NCBI GenBank assembly: GCA_951406725.2
Contig: OX597829.1
Location: 45,136,001-45,200,000, forward strand
Length of the DNA stretch: 64,000 bases
Direction of reading: 5' to 3'
DNA from: Octopus vulgaris
Lineage: Eukaryota
Numbering within the stretch: the stretch's first letter is position 1; each line of letters opens with the position of its first letter. The position numbers were made by a program, and so were the translations under genes. Under the pieces are notes generated by a model. The model did no database searches and was not told the DNA's origin. It saw only the letters and a list, made by a program, of their open reading frames with translations. Positions 52,745 through 64,000 of this stretch are shown one piece after another.

Positions 52745-53335
52745 TCACTTGTCAAGAAGGTCGAGGGTGTCTTGGCATCACTCAGCAAGACTTTTGTTAG
52801 CCGCTCTCCAGCCATCTATTTAAGACTGTATACAGCTATGGTACGACCACACTTGGAATTCGCATCATCAGTTTGGAATCCCTATCTTGCTTAGAACATT
52901 GACCTCCTGGAATCTGTCCAGAGACGTGCAACCAAACGCATACCCTCCATCAGACACCTACCATATTCTGAGCGCCTTGTTTCCCTGGGCATGGATTCAC
53001 TGAAGCTCCGGCGTCTGGCGACGGACTTGGTAAACACCCACAAAGTTATCAACCACCTCACCAACAACAACACTGAACACCTTTTTGATCTCCATGTGTC
53101 TAACACACGCGGACATGCCTACAAAGTCAGAAAACAATACAGCTCCCATGACTTTCGGAAACATTTTTTCACGCTCAGAGTTGCTGAAGCATGGAATAAA
53201 CTGCCTGCGTCAGTTGTTGACTGCCATGACACTGCATCCTTTAAGGCCCTCATGCTTTCCGAAATCCGCCGAAACTACACCTGATTATATATACACTTTA
53301 GATGAGTTGTAGTGCACCTGAGCACTGTACACAAT
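52745..53335 (+). pseudogene. CR1-clade LINE ORF2 C-terminus and 3' UTR
   Basis: LYTAMVRPHLEFASSVWNPY, LESVQRRATK, LPYSERL, NTRGH, FFTLRVAEAWNKLP; one internal stop. Confidence 0.9.
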
Positions 53336-53344
53336 TATTATTAT

Positions 53345-53635
53345 TATTCAGTAGTTTTATTTTTATTTTTATAGCGTGCTTTCACTTCACTACCGAGCGC
53401 AGCTCTGTGTGCCTTGGGTATGTGCTGTGATTTGTTGTGATGATCTGATGGTTATTGTATGGAAAGTGTTCTGCGTAGGATGTGTGCAGTGCCTAGTAGT
53501 GCAATTTTCTGTATGTTATATGTGTTTGTAAGTCCTGGTGTTTTTGTTATGTATTTGTCTGAATATTTTTTTATCATGCCTAATGCACCTACTATGATAG
53601 GAATTGTTTCTGTTTTCAGATTCCACATTCTAGTT
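53345..53635 (-). pseudogene. R4/Dong-like retrotransposon 3' fragment
   Basis: RMWNLKTETIPIIVGALG...IQKIALLGTAHILRRTL; (TTA)n on both flanks. Confidence 0.8.
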
Positions 53636-53809
53636 TATTATTATTATTATTATTATTATTATAGACACAATTGCTGATTCCCAAGCACTCGTGGACGAAC
53701 TTGTAAATTTTTTTTTAAAAAAACAAGTCTAGAGTTGTTTGCTTAGAAGAAGTTTCGTTTTTTTTTTTGTTTTTTTTACTTGGTGTCATGCAGAAGCATT
53801 TGCTATACT

Positions 53810-54260
53810 CTTTTTACTCTTTTACTTGTTTCAGTCATATGACTGTGGCCATGCTGGAAATTATTGCTCTGCTTTACAAGTTTTCACTTTACAAGCAGTC
53901 TTCGGGAACAAATTAAAGACCCCAAGACTTATTCTTTGTAAGCCTAGTATTTATTCTATCGGTCTCTTTTGCCGAACCGTTAAGTTACAGGGACGTAAAC
54001 ACACCAGCATCGGTTGTCAAGCGATGTTGGGGGGACAAACACAGAGACACATACACATATATATATATATATATATATACATATACATAGATACGACGGG
54101 CTTCTTTCAGTTTCCGTCTACCAAATCCACTCACAAGTCTTTGGTCGGCCCAAGGCTATCGAAGAAGACGCTTGCCCAAGGTGCCATGCAGTGGGACTGA
54201 ACATGGAATCATGTGGTTCGTAAGCAAGCTACTTACCACACAGCCACTCCTACGCCTATG
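53810..54260 (-). mobile_element. SINE family A, antisense
   Basis: Reverse complement of family A with a short internal replacement. Confidence 0.8.
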
Positions 54261-54519
54261 GTAGTAGAAACTTTTGCACTTTGTTCAAAATTTGGATCTT
54301 GTCTTGAGAAATAAAACTCATATACCCAGGATCTCATAATGCAGGTCCTCATAAAGTGAGGTATTACTGTACAATGTTTCAAAAAGACTCCTATAGGATT
54401 CATTAGAATCTAGGAATATTGATATGTAGGATGCCAGGATTGGCTGAGCACTTATTATCAAGCTTGCAGTACTTCCAAGCAACTCTTAGTTGTTGTATGT
54501 TGGTAGTATACTCTAGGTT

Positions 54520-54558
<39 letters not shown>

Positions 54559-54774
54559 TAGTAGAAAAATACAAACTGGGACAAGAACGTAAAACATTTG
54601 GAAGACGATACAAAAAACACGGACGGGACATTCGAAGCCTTCAATCTTCAGTCAAGAACCGGATCATCCTAGCAATTTCGGCTGATTAATCTTGAGATCG
54701 TTCCGATCCGGCCAGCCCCAAGGAAAAACTAAGCTACGAGCATTAGATTTCTTGGAAGAAATATATATATATAT

Positions 54775-55058
54775 CCAAGCGTGGCCGTCTGCCAGCCTCG
54801 TCTGGCACCTGTGTCGGTGGCACATAAAAAACACCATCCGAGCGTGGCCGTTTGCCAGCCTCGTCTGGCACCTGTGTCGGTGGCACATAAAATCACCCAC
54901 TACACTCTCGGAGTGGTTGGCGTTAGGAAGGGCATCCAGCTGTAGAAACACTGCCAGATCTGACTGGACTGGTGCAGCTTTCGGGCTCCCCAGACCCCAG
55001 TTGAACCGTCCAACCCATGCTAGCATGGAAAGCGGACGTTAAATGATGATGATGATGA
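54775..55058 (+). mobile_element. SINE family E with an internal ~62-bp tandem duplication
   Basis: GCGTGGCCGT.TGCCAGCCTCGTCTGGCACCTGTGTCGGTGGCACATAAAA occurs twice; ends GGACGTTAAATGATGATGAT. Confidence 0.8.
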
Positions 55059-55424
55059 TATTACTTATATTATATTAAACTTTTTAATACTTTTTGATAG
55101 GTTAAAAAAAATTAAAATTAATAAATTAAAAAATTTAAAGTTTGAAAAATTTTAAATTTAAAATATAAAAATATAAAAATTTATAAATATAAATTTTAAA
55201 ATTTCAAATTTTAATAATTTAAATTTTGAATTTTATATTTTATATATATATTTTGTATATTATATTAATTATATTTATTTTTTTGGTTTTTATGTTTTGG
55301 TTTATGTCTATCACTTTGATTTGCCTAATAGTGGTTTTATCTCTAATTTAATTTATATATATATATTTATATATATATATATATATAAAAACACACACAC
55401 ACACATCAGTTTATATGTATAAAT

Positions 55425-55670
55425 ACAGTAATCCCTCACCTTATTGCGGTTCAACTATCACATGCAGTAATCCCTCACCATATTGCGGTTGACTTATCAA
55501 GCACTCAGTACATTGCAGATTTTTCTGGCTAATGTTTGTAAATTTATAACATGGAATCCTCAGTATATCACAGGTTTCTGTGGCTGATAGGTGTTTATAA
55601 TTTTTTAGATTTCAGTTATTTCTGTGGGAGGTTTTGGAACATAACACCCACGATAATTGAGGGATAACTA
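55425..55670. mobile_element. Tc1/pogo-like MITE
   Basis: TA-CAGTAATCCCTC ... GAGGGATAACTA-TA. Confidence 0.55.
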
Positions 55671-57088
55671 TATACACATAGACATATACCTATATACATA
55701 GGTATCAGATTCAATACAAACCATAGATCCAACTCAGAGATGGTTCCTGTGAATTTTGAACCCCACTTGTGCTCTTTTATCATATATATATATACAACAA
55801 AATTGATGCAGCACAGAATTTTGTCAGTGAACAGGTCGCCGTCTGAAAGCAACAAAAATATTTTGACAAATTAAATTTAAATGTTGAAGTGAATCTAACT
55901 GTTTTTGTGTGTTTCTTAAATGGCTTATAAACACCTTCCACGCTGCAATTGTTTTCGTTCTGGCACACGATCTCAGATCAGGTCACTTGCTATGCAAGTA
56001 CATCTTCGTAATAATATATATATAATAATATATATATATATCAGAAGGTAATGAATACTTTTACATAAGTGGGACATCGTTAATTTTCAAGAGACTGGCA
56101 AATCATTTGAGCTCATTTAGAGTTAAAAAGAAAGATTCCAAACAAGGTTAAGTAAATTAATCAGGGTTCAAACAAAGCTAAGTAAATTAATCTGGGTCAA
56201 GCATGCTGGAGCCTTGTGAAATGCACCCACTCCACTCTGTAAAGTGGTTGCCATTTGAAAGGGCATCCAGCTGTAAAAAAAAAAAATCATGCTGAAACAG
56301 ACAGTGGAGCTTGGCAGATCCTGTCAAGCCGTCCAACACATGCCAGCATGGAAAACAGATATCGAATGATGATGAGGATGAAGACACAGAACAACTTGGT
56401 TGAAAAACAAACTTCATAACTACACAGCTATATGTAAAAGTGTGTAGGTCTCACTGCTTTAAAAAAGCAAAATAGAAACAAATATTTTTCTTTTATATGT
56501 GAATGGATAGAGTGATAGAACATAAAATACCTTGACTAATATATAGATTATCTATAGAAGCAAATTGAATTCATGAGGGAAAATAATCTAATTGCTTTTG
56601 GCAGGAACAGATGAAGCAAAATAGAATTGGTAAAACTGGGTTACTTGGCTTCTAAAACAATAGTTTAAAGTGATTTACTCTCAAACCAATATGGAATTGA
56701 ACAATTTGCTTTTCATGTACAAGCAAAGATGTGTAAATATACATGTGCATATATATACATACATATATATACATGTGCAAATATATACATACAAACACAT
56801 ATCTTTATGTATATATAGATAGATATGCTTGTGTGTGTGCATATATACACACACACACACACTCACACTCACACACACACACACACACGCACACAAGCAT
56901 ATCTATCTATATATACATAAAGATATGTGTTTGTATGTATATATTTGTGTATAAACATCTGCATACATAAAATATACACATATATCTACATCTATACATA
57001 TATATATATATATGTGCACACATGATATACACACACAATACATATATACTTATCTACATATACATTAACACTTATATACATAAATACG

Positions 57089-57125
<37 letters not shown>

Positions 57126-57234
57126 ATATATATTTATGTGTGTATATATATTTATGTATATATATATTTATGTATATATATATATATATATTTTTTTGTG
57201 TATATATATATATTTGTGTATATATATATATATT

Positions 57235-57265
<31 letters not shown>

Positions 57266-57676
57266 TCATGTGTGTATATATATATATTTAATATATAAAT
57301 ATGTGTATATATACATATACATGTATATATACATGCACATATGGGTACAGGACATCAAAAAAACGTTGAACACAATGAGAAACAAAAACATAGAAACAAA
57401 CTTTTTTTTGAACAATGAAAATAAAACATATATATATGCGCACGCACACACACACACACACACACACACATAATATATATACATACATTGATATGCACAC
57501 ACACATTTATGTATATATAGTGTAGGTGTTTGCTATGTGTTTGTCAACAAGTGTGGGTGTATAATTTTATATTCATACATTTCACATTCTTCGCGTGCAT
57601 GATGTTATATATTTGCACATATTTAGTCTGCAAGTATTTCTTTATTACATTTATCAATTTATCTGTTGCACACTAC

Positions 57677-57713
<37 letters not shown>

Positions 57714-58044
57714 TAGTTACAACTCAGCTTTGATAAAGTAGCCATTGCGATCAAAGGTTTTTTCCCCTATGCGACCACACCATTTCATTTTGTCTCATGG
57801 CGAGTGGCAGAGTAAACAAGTCTACTGTAAAATACTTTATCAGTAAAATCCATAACTGTGACTGCAGAAACACTGTGGAACATCTAGGGTCCTTTGCTAT
57901 ATTCAACTGGTCAATTGGTCAACTGAAGCCTTGAGAGTGAAAGTGGATGAATAGGCATTGTGAAAATCTGTTGGATGATTGTACCTGTAATTCCAGTGAC
58001 CAACCATGTCACATGTTCTCTAACACTATTCCAGTATGGAGAAA

Positions 58045-58440
58045 TGCATTGCATTTGTCTTATGAAGAAAGGCTGAAGACCCTCGACCTTTATTCTCTAG
58101 AAAAACGACGACGCCATGGTGATCTCATTCTTGCTCACAACATCATAAGCAGAAAGTGTAACCTCTCGAAGGAGCTGTTCTTCACTCCTGCTCCAGAGCG
58201 TAGGCTGTGGAGTCACTCTGAAAAGCTCTATCTACGATGATTTCATCTCAATCGAAGGAGAGGGGCTTTCTCCGTCCGGGTTGCGGTTCCGTGGAATAAG
58301 CTGCCGGACGAGATAGTGAAAATGCCGACGACCGCTCGGTTCAAAGTCTTTCTTGACCAGAAATGGCCTGAACTCTTTGCATGAACACCCCTGTACCCCT
58401 ACATGACCTTGCTTTTTGCTTTTTGAGCAAAAAAATTAAC
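58045..58440 (+). pseudogene. CR1-clade LINE 3' fragment
   Basis: HLSYEERLKTLDLYSLEKRRRHGDLI; FSVRVAVPWNKLP. Confidence 0.85.
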
Positions 58441-58479
58441 TTAACTATATATATATATATATATCATCAATAATTCATA

Positions 58480-58670
58480 TATCTGTAAAAGAAGAACAAT
58501 CCAACATATTTCTTCCTGCATATATGTCCAAATCATTTGATGTGGTTTTAGCTTCTTGTTTTTTTTTTTTTCCATCCACAATTCCTGTCAGGATGGTCTT
58601 GGGGAGTGACTTGTGGCACATTCCATGTCCAAAATATGATAGCTTTGTGGACTTGATTCTCGACAATATA
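58480..58670 (-). pseudogene. RTE-like LINE 3' fragment
   Basis: IKSTKLSYFGH...LPKTILTGIVDGK. Confidence 0.65.
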
Positions 58671-58865
58671 TATGACAAGTGGATCAACCTACCTCATCAT
58701 TGGATCCGACAACTCAACACACCCCAGCCATTACCACCTTTCTCCTTCACACTAATCCTTGGTATTACTCTTCCTTTTCTCTTTCCCTGTATCCTTCCTT
58801 TCCTCCATTATTCTCTCCACTACCATCCTTTTACAAGAATTATTCTGCTCCATCCATCATGGGGG

Positions 58866-59180
58866 TGGAGGCACATGGCCTAGTGGTTAATGCAGTGGAC
58901 TCACAGTCAAGGGATCATGGGTTCGAATCTCAGGCCAGGTGATGTGTGTGGTTATGACCAAAACATCTAAGCTCCATGCGGCTCCGGCAGAAGGTAATGG
59001 CAAACCTCTGCTGACTCTTTCGCCACAACTTTCTCTCGCTCTTTCTTACTACATCTTGCAGCTCACCTGAGACGAACTGGTGTCCTGTCCAGGTGTGGAA
59101 CCTATATACCAATGAAACCAGAAAACCAGCCCTTATGGGCCAAGCATGGCTCGAGAAGGAACAAACAACAACAACAACAT
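58866..59180 (+). mobile_element. SINE with family C head
   Basis: TGGAGGCACATGGCCTAGTGGTTAA...GGTTCGAATC; ends in (CAA)n. Confidence 0.75.
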
Positions 59181-59639
59181 CATAATGGGGATTTTCAATT
59201 GCTTTGTGAATAACAAAGGTAGATCCCAAGAGCTGGTGTCACAAAATACTCTTCAAGTCATACATAACTGAAATTGAAATTGAGCAGTGGCAACAAAGTG
59301 TCCTCAACTACATTAGCAGGATAACTGTGAAGGCAATCTGGACTGACAGTTATGGAAGACAGATTATATGAAAGACAACACTGAATGGGAATTCTCACTG
59401 CCTTGCACAGTACCTGTAAAGAGTTAAAGACTAAGGGAGACAACCCTGACAGCCAATCAGCTTGAAAGAGAAGTCAGAGCCCAGCAGCCCCATTTCTCCA
59501 AAAACAAGCATGAAGACACAATTGATGGAAAGTAATGGTTATATATGAGGCCCCTGACTCTCAGCTATAATGATAGGTATATTCATTTATTCATATTCTG
59601 TGGGGTGGGCTTGGATGGATGAGGATATCCAGATGAATG

Positions 59640-60830
59640 ATCAGACAAGGAGAAAGTCACTGTAACGGATTGAGAACCCAGAATATTGCACTTCCAGGAT
59701 TTAGTATTGCTGAGAGGGATGGGGTCTTTTTGAGAACGTCCTTTGTCATCTCATCCATCAGGATCAGGGTCCTGAGGTTAGCTTCCACCACTTCATCCCA
59801 TGTCTTCTTCTTCTGCAGGTCCTACCCACATCAACCCTTTCCTTACTGGATTTCTGTTGAGATGCTTTGTGTTTCTTTTAATTAATTTTAAATATAACAA
59901 AGAATTTAGTAAAATAACTTAGTTATAATTAAGCTAGTGTTAGGAACATAAATTGTGACTAAGGTTTGATGGGAGATTTTAATTCAAAACTTATGAAAAC
60001 AAAACATTTGTACTACAGAGCCAGAGCCAGTTTCAGGCAGGTTGGTAATGAAAGGGTTAAGAATTATTTCTCTATTATATATTTTAACCCTTTTGTTACC
60101 ATATTTCTGTTGAGATGCTTTGTGTTTCTTTTAATTAATTTTAAATATAACAAAGAATTTAGTAAAATAACTTAATTATCATTAAGCTAGTGTTAGGAAT
60201 ATAAATTGTGACTAAGGTTTGGTGGAAGATTTTAATTCAGATCTTTTGAAAACAAGACATTTGTACTCAGAGCCAGAGCCGGTTTCAGCCAGGTTGGTAA
60301 CAAAAGGGTTAAATCAACTTCTTCACGCAGCTGTCCTCATTCATATGCATCATGTGTTCATACAAGCAGTCTTTTTCCTTGAACACAGCATCTGATACCT
60401 CTTATATCCAGTTTTCCCCTCAGCACCTTTGTACTAATTCTTTCACACACACACTCACATTGCACATCCAACAGAACATGCTCGTTTCATTTCTTTCCAG
60501 TTTTCTCAAGTCCTCTGCATTCAAGGCCCATATCTCACTACCATGCAGTATTGTAGTTCTAACACAAACATCATACGATCTGCCCTTTATTCTTAGGGAA
60601 AAGATCCTTTTTTATCAGCAGTGAAAGTAGCTCATTGAACTTTCTCCAACCAGTTCTTTCTCTAGCAACTATACTTTCACAGCAACCACCTCCATTGCTA
60701 ATTACATCTCCTATGTAACAAAACCCATTAACTACTTCTAATGAGTTAGCTGAGCACTGAAGGGACTCAATTTCAGGTGCTCATGTGAACTGTTTAATGC
60801 ATCTATTGTATAGGAAGTAGATATTCTACG
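59640..60830 (-). pseudogene. decayed RTE-like LINE fragment interrupted by the MITE pair
   Basis: Minus-strand KTWDEVV and MNEDSCVKK-like segments on either side of 59831-60312. Confidence 0.55.
59831..60312. mobile_element. inverted copy of the piggyBac-like MITE pair at 29583-30045
   Basis: Same two units and the same spacer; ORF-track translations 29690-29914(-) and 59966-60175(+) are nearly identical. Confidence 0.85.
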
Positions 60831-61167
60831 ATAGTCTGCCAATGAATCCATTACATCTTTTAGTGTGTCCATAACTTATATCAAGTAAACAAACAAATAT
60901 ATACAAGCATAAATAAACATGCATGTATGTGTGTATATATATATATATATATGTTGATATACACACACACATGCCACCCCACCCTCTCTTTCCCTTTCTT
61001 TCTGTCTGTTTATCTATCTCTCTGTATACACACACACACACACACACAAGGAAGTTCTGGTAGATAAAAACTGAAAGAAGCCCATTGTATATATATATAT
61101 ATAAAGAATAAGGAGAAAATGGAGTGGTAACTAATAAAATATTATGTATTAATTATATAATATGACA

Positions 61168-61252
61168 TCTCTGACACCCATTTCGATTCAGAAGTCTTTA
61201 GATAATTAATTTATAAAATTAAAATCATTATAAGATGAATCTCTTCAGAGGT
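61168..61252 (-). ncRNA. degenerate hammerhead motif in a PLE-like terminal fragment (about 61100-61320)
   Basis: Minus strand CCT-CTGAAGA-GATTCA...TGAATC-GAAA-TGGGTGTC-AGAG; inserted in the internal (TA)n of a family A SINE. Confidence 0.5.
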
Positions 61253-61756
61253 AGTAAAGATATACCGATTAGAAAAACATGTTGGGATAACAGCTCTAAA
61301 CCATTAACTGATAGCATATATATAAAAGGTGTTTGTGTGTCTGTGTTTGTCTCCCACCACCATCACTTGACAACTGATGCTAGTGTGTTTAATTCCCCCA
61401 TAACTTAGCTGTTCGGCAAAAGAGACTGAGAAGATAAGTACTAGGCTTACAAAGAATAAGTCCTGGGGTCGATTTGTTCGACTGACACAAATAAAAAAAA
61501 AGAAAATGAATATTCTCCTCTCAGATTCACACACCCTTCAGTTTTTCTAAGCCCTGTAAAACCACTCGGTAGGCAGGCCTTTCGCAATACCCTTAAATCC
61601 AGGGACATTTCAAAACCTCCTCATGTGCGTGGGTGTATGTGTGAATGTGTGTATGTGTATAAATATATAAGAATATATGTACAAGCATATATATATATAT
61701 CGTTGGCGAATTTTTTTTCCTCTGTCTTCCCTTCTCTGGATCTTTCCTTCTCCGAT

Positions 61757-61791
61757 GTTTCCGACAAAGTGCTCCGCTCGAAACATTAAAC
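61757..61791 (+). ncRNA. decayed hammerhead motif in a PLE-like terminal fragment (about 61700-61885)
   Basis: GTTT-CCGACAA-AGTGC-TCC-GCTC-GAAA-CATT-AAAC; (TA)n on both flanks. Confidence 0.45.
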
Positions 61792-63185
61792 CCTCCTCCT
61801 TTCCTGAGCGTCCAATAATACTATATTTGTTCCACGTCCTCGCGTTGTTGTGTTTTTTTGTGCTTTCTTGTTTGGATTAACTTTATATATATATATATAC
61901 ACACACACATATATGCATCTGTATGTGCATTTGTGTATCAATAGCCATTCATAAACACCCACACATATGTATATATTCATACAGTAGCACATTTACATGC
62001 ATATATATGCATCTGTTCTGCAGCTGCATTTGGCAGTCACATTACTCTTTGTCGGATGGTTTTTACTGATTTTTATCATAATTTATAAATATTTTCTTCC
62101 ATCTTATAACAACATGTATTATTCACTTCCCTCACCCATGAAGAGCACTTAGTCAGAAATTATTTAATGGCATCAACAAGGGCTCACAAATAACAACAAC
62201 ACTTGAAAATATATGAAAATGTATAAAGAAAAAAACTAATAACAACTTAAACAACAATGGTAGCAAGCTGAAAAACATCAATTGAATTATATATACATGT
62301 ATATATATATATATATAATGCATATAATATGATGTGTGTAAATAAGTATATAACTGTAAATAACCTATATGTTGACAGACATATATTTATTACATGTTTA
62401 TGTATGTGCATTTATAAATCTGTGTATGCATCTAATATGTAATGTATGTATGTATGTATGTATGTATGTATGTATGTATGTATGTATGTATGTATGTATG
62501 TATATATGTATGTATGTATGTATATAGGTATATATGTATGTATATAGGTATATATATATGTGTATATATATTATATATATATGTATATATTTATATATGT
62601 ATGTATGTATGTATGCATATATGTAAGTATCATCATCATCATTTAGCGTCCGTTTTCCATGCTAGCATGGGTTGGACGGTTCAACTGGGGTCTGTGAAGC
62701 CGGAAGGCTGCATCAGGCCTTCCGGCGTCCATAAAATTGCTACCCGTTGAGAACTCTGCATACTGGAAGCCAGAAAGTTTTTTATGACATACATTATAAA
62801 TCTAGTTTTTTTACGACAGCCAATTTAAGGTCCTGAATGGTTTCATACAGGAAAACCTTCCAAGATCAGAACAGAAAAATCAACAATCATCAGACATAGT
62901 TAAAAGGTTTTGTGTTGCTGAGGGTGGGGGACTGGATGGATGGATGGATTGATGGCTGGACATAAATTTGTATGTGTGTATATAAGAGGAAGAGCAGACA
63001 AAGAGAAGAAGAGAGACACAGTAAAATTAGAACATCATCATCATCATTTAACGTCCACCTTCTATGCTGGCATGGGTGGGAAGTCTCTACTGAATAGTTT
63101 GTTTGCAGTTCAGAGAAGTTCAACATTCTCATTATGCTGATCGTCTACAAGAAATGCAGTTTATACAAATTGTGAATCTGTAAAT

Positions 63186-63851
63186 ATTCTTTTCTACTCT
63201 AGGCATAAGGCCCGAAATTTTGGGGTGTGGGGGCCAGTTGATTAGATTGATCCCAGTACACAACTATCGCTTAATTTATTGACCCCTAAAAGGATGAAAG
63301 GCAAAGTCAACCTCAGTGGAATTTGAACTCAGAGCGCAAAGACAGATGAAATACTGCTAAGCATTTCATCCGGTGTGCTAACATTTCTTATTTCTTTATT
63401 GCCCACAAGGGGCTAAACATAGGGGGGATAAACAAGGACAGACAAAAGGATTAAGTTGATTAGATCACCCCAGTGCATAACTAATACTTAATTTATCGAC
63501 CCTGAAAGGATGAAAGGCAAAATCGACCTCGGTGGAATTTGAACTCAGAACGTATAGACAGACGAAATACCGGTAAGCATTTTGTCCGGTGTGCCAACGT
63601 TTCTGCCAGCTCACTGCCTTAGAATCTGTGAATTTTCTTTTCTACTCTAGGCACAAGGCCTGGAATTTTGGGGGAGGGGACCAGTTGATTAGATCTACGC
63701 CAGTATGCAACTGGTACTTAATTTATTGACCCCCGAAAGGATGAAAGGCAAAGTCAACCTCGGTGGAATTTGAACACAGAACGTAAAGACAGACGAAATA
63801 CCACAAAGCATTTCGTCTGGTATGCTAACGTTTCTGCCAGCTCACTGCCTT
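63186..63851 (-). mobile_element. cluster of three SINE family B copies (one LINE-tailed)
   Basis: Repeated GAAAGGATGAAAGGCAAAGTCAACCTCGG cores. Confidence 0.85.
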
Positions 63852-64000
63852 AGAAGCTGTAAATATTAAAGGGATGCGTGTATAATGCACAAAGTAACAA
63901 ATACAGCATGGATTCAGTTGCATGTTGGCCAAGCTTCACACTAAATAGTTATTCCTGGAGCAACGATTATTTTTCAATAATTGCTGGCAAATATAACTGC

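Noticed and set aside
55810-55880. Possible hammerhead (TTGTCA...GTCGC/GCAAC...TGACAA)
   Set aside because: Stems are present but there is no CTGANGA or GAAA core; left as an unclassified repeat.
44770-64000. Next TRPC exon (expected S2-S3, a WxExKQLW...WNxxDF-like motif)
   Set aside because: Not recognised by eye; it probably lies beyond the window, though a short exon could have been missed.

Overview
AT-rich, microsatellite-dense animal genomic DNA. The SINE repertoire and repeat style point to a cephalopod such as Octopus; this is an inference. The only host gene I can support is a TRPC-family (TRP/TRPgamma-like) cation channel on the + strand. It has two coding exons: 20596/20621-21547 (ankyrin repeats plus the TRP_2 zinc-binding motif) and 44427-44769 (pre-S1 to the start of S2), separated by a 22.9-kb intron. 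No further exon was recognised before 64000. The rest is intronic or flanking repeat. It includes several tRNA-headed SINE families; fragments of Penelope, CR1, RTE, R4/Dong-like and Tx1/L1-like retroelements; Tc1/mariner relics (DD37D, DD41D, mariner); non-autonomous Helitrons and a HINE; MITEs; and microsatellites. Three signals stand out. (i) Several minimal type-I hammerhead ribozyme motifs lie in Penelope-style termini, including a tRNA-headed SINE-like element with a hammerhead tail and an inverted terminal copy (50470-50856). (ii) A TSD-bounded, ORF1-only (gag zinc-knuckle) non-autonomous retroposon sits in a three-level nest (22389-24809). (iii) The 3' tail of that retroposon is shared by a SINE subfamily and by other short insertions. 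Most ORFs in the supplied track are microsatellite or SINE artefacts. SINE family letters A-E are my own labels, and repeat boundaries without TSDs are approximate.
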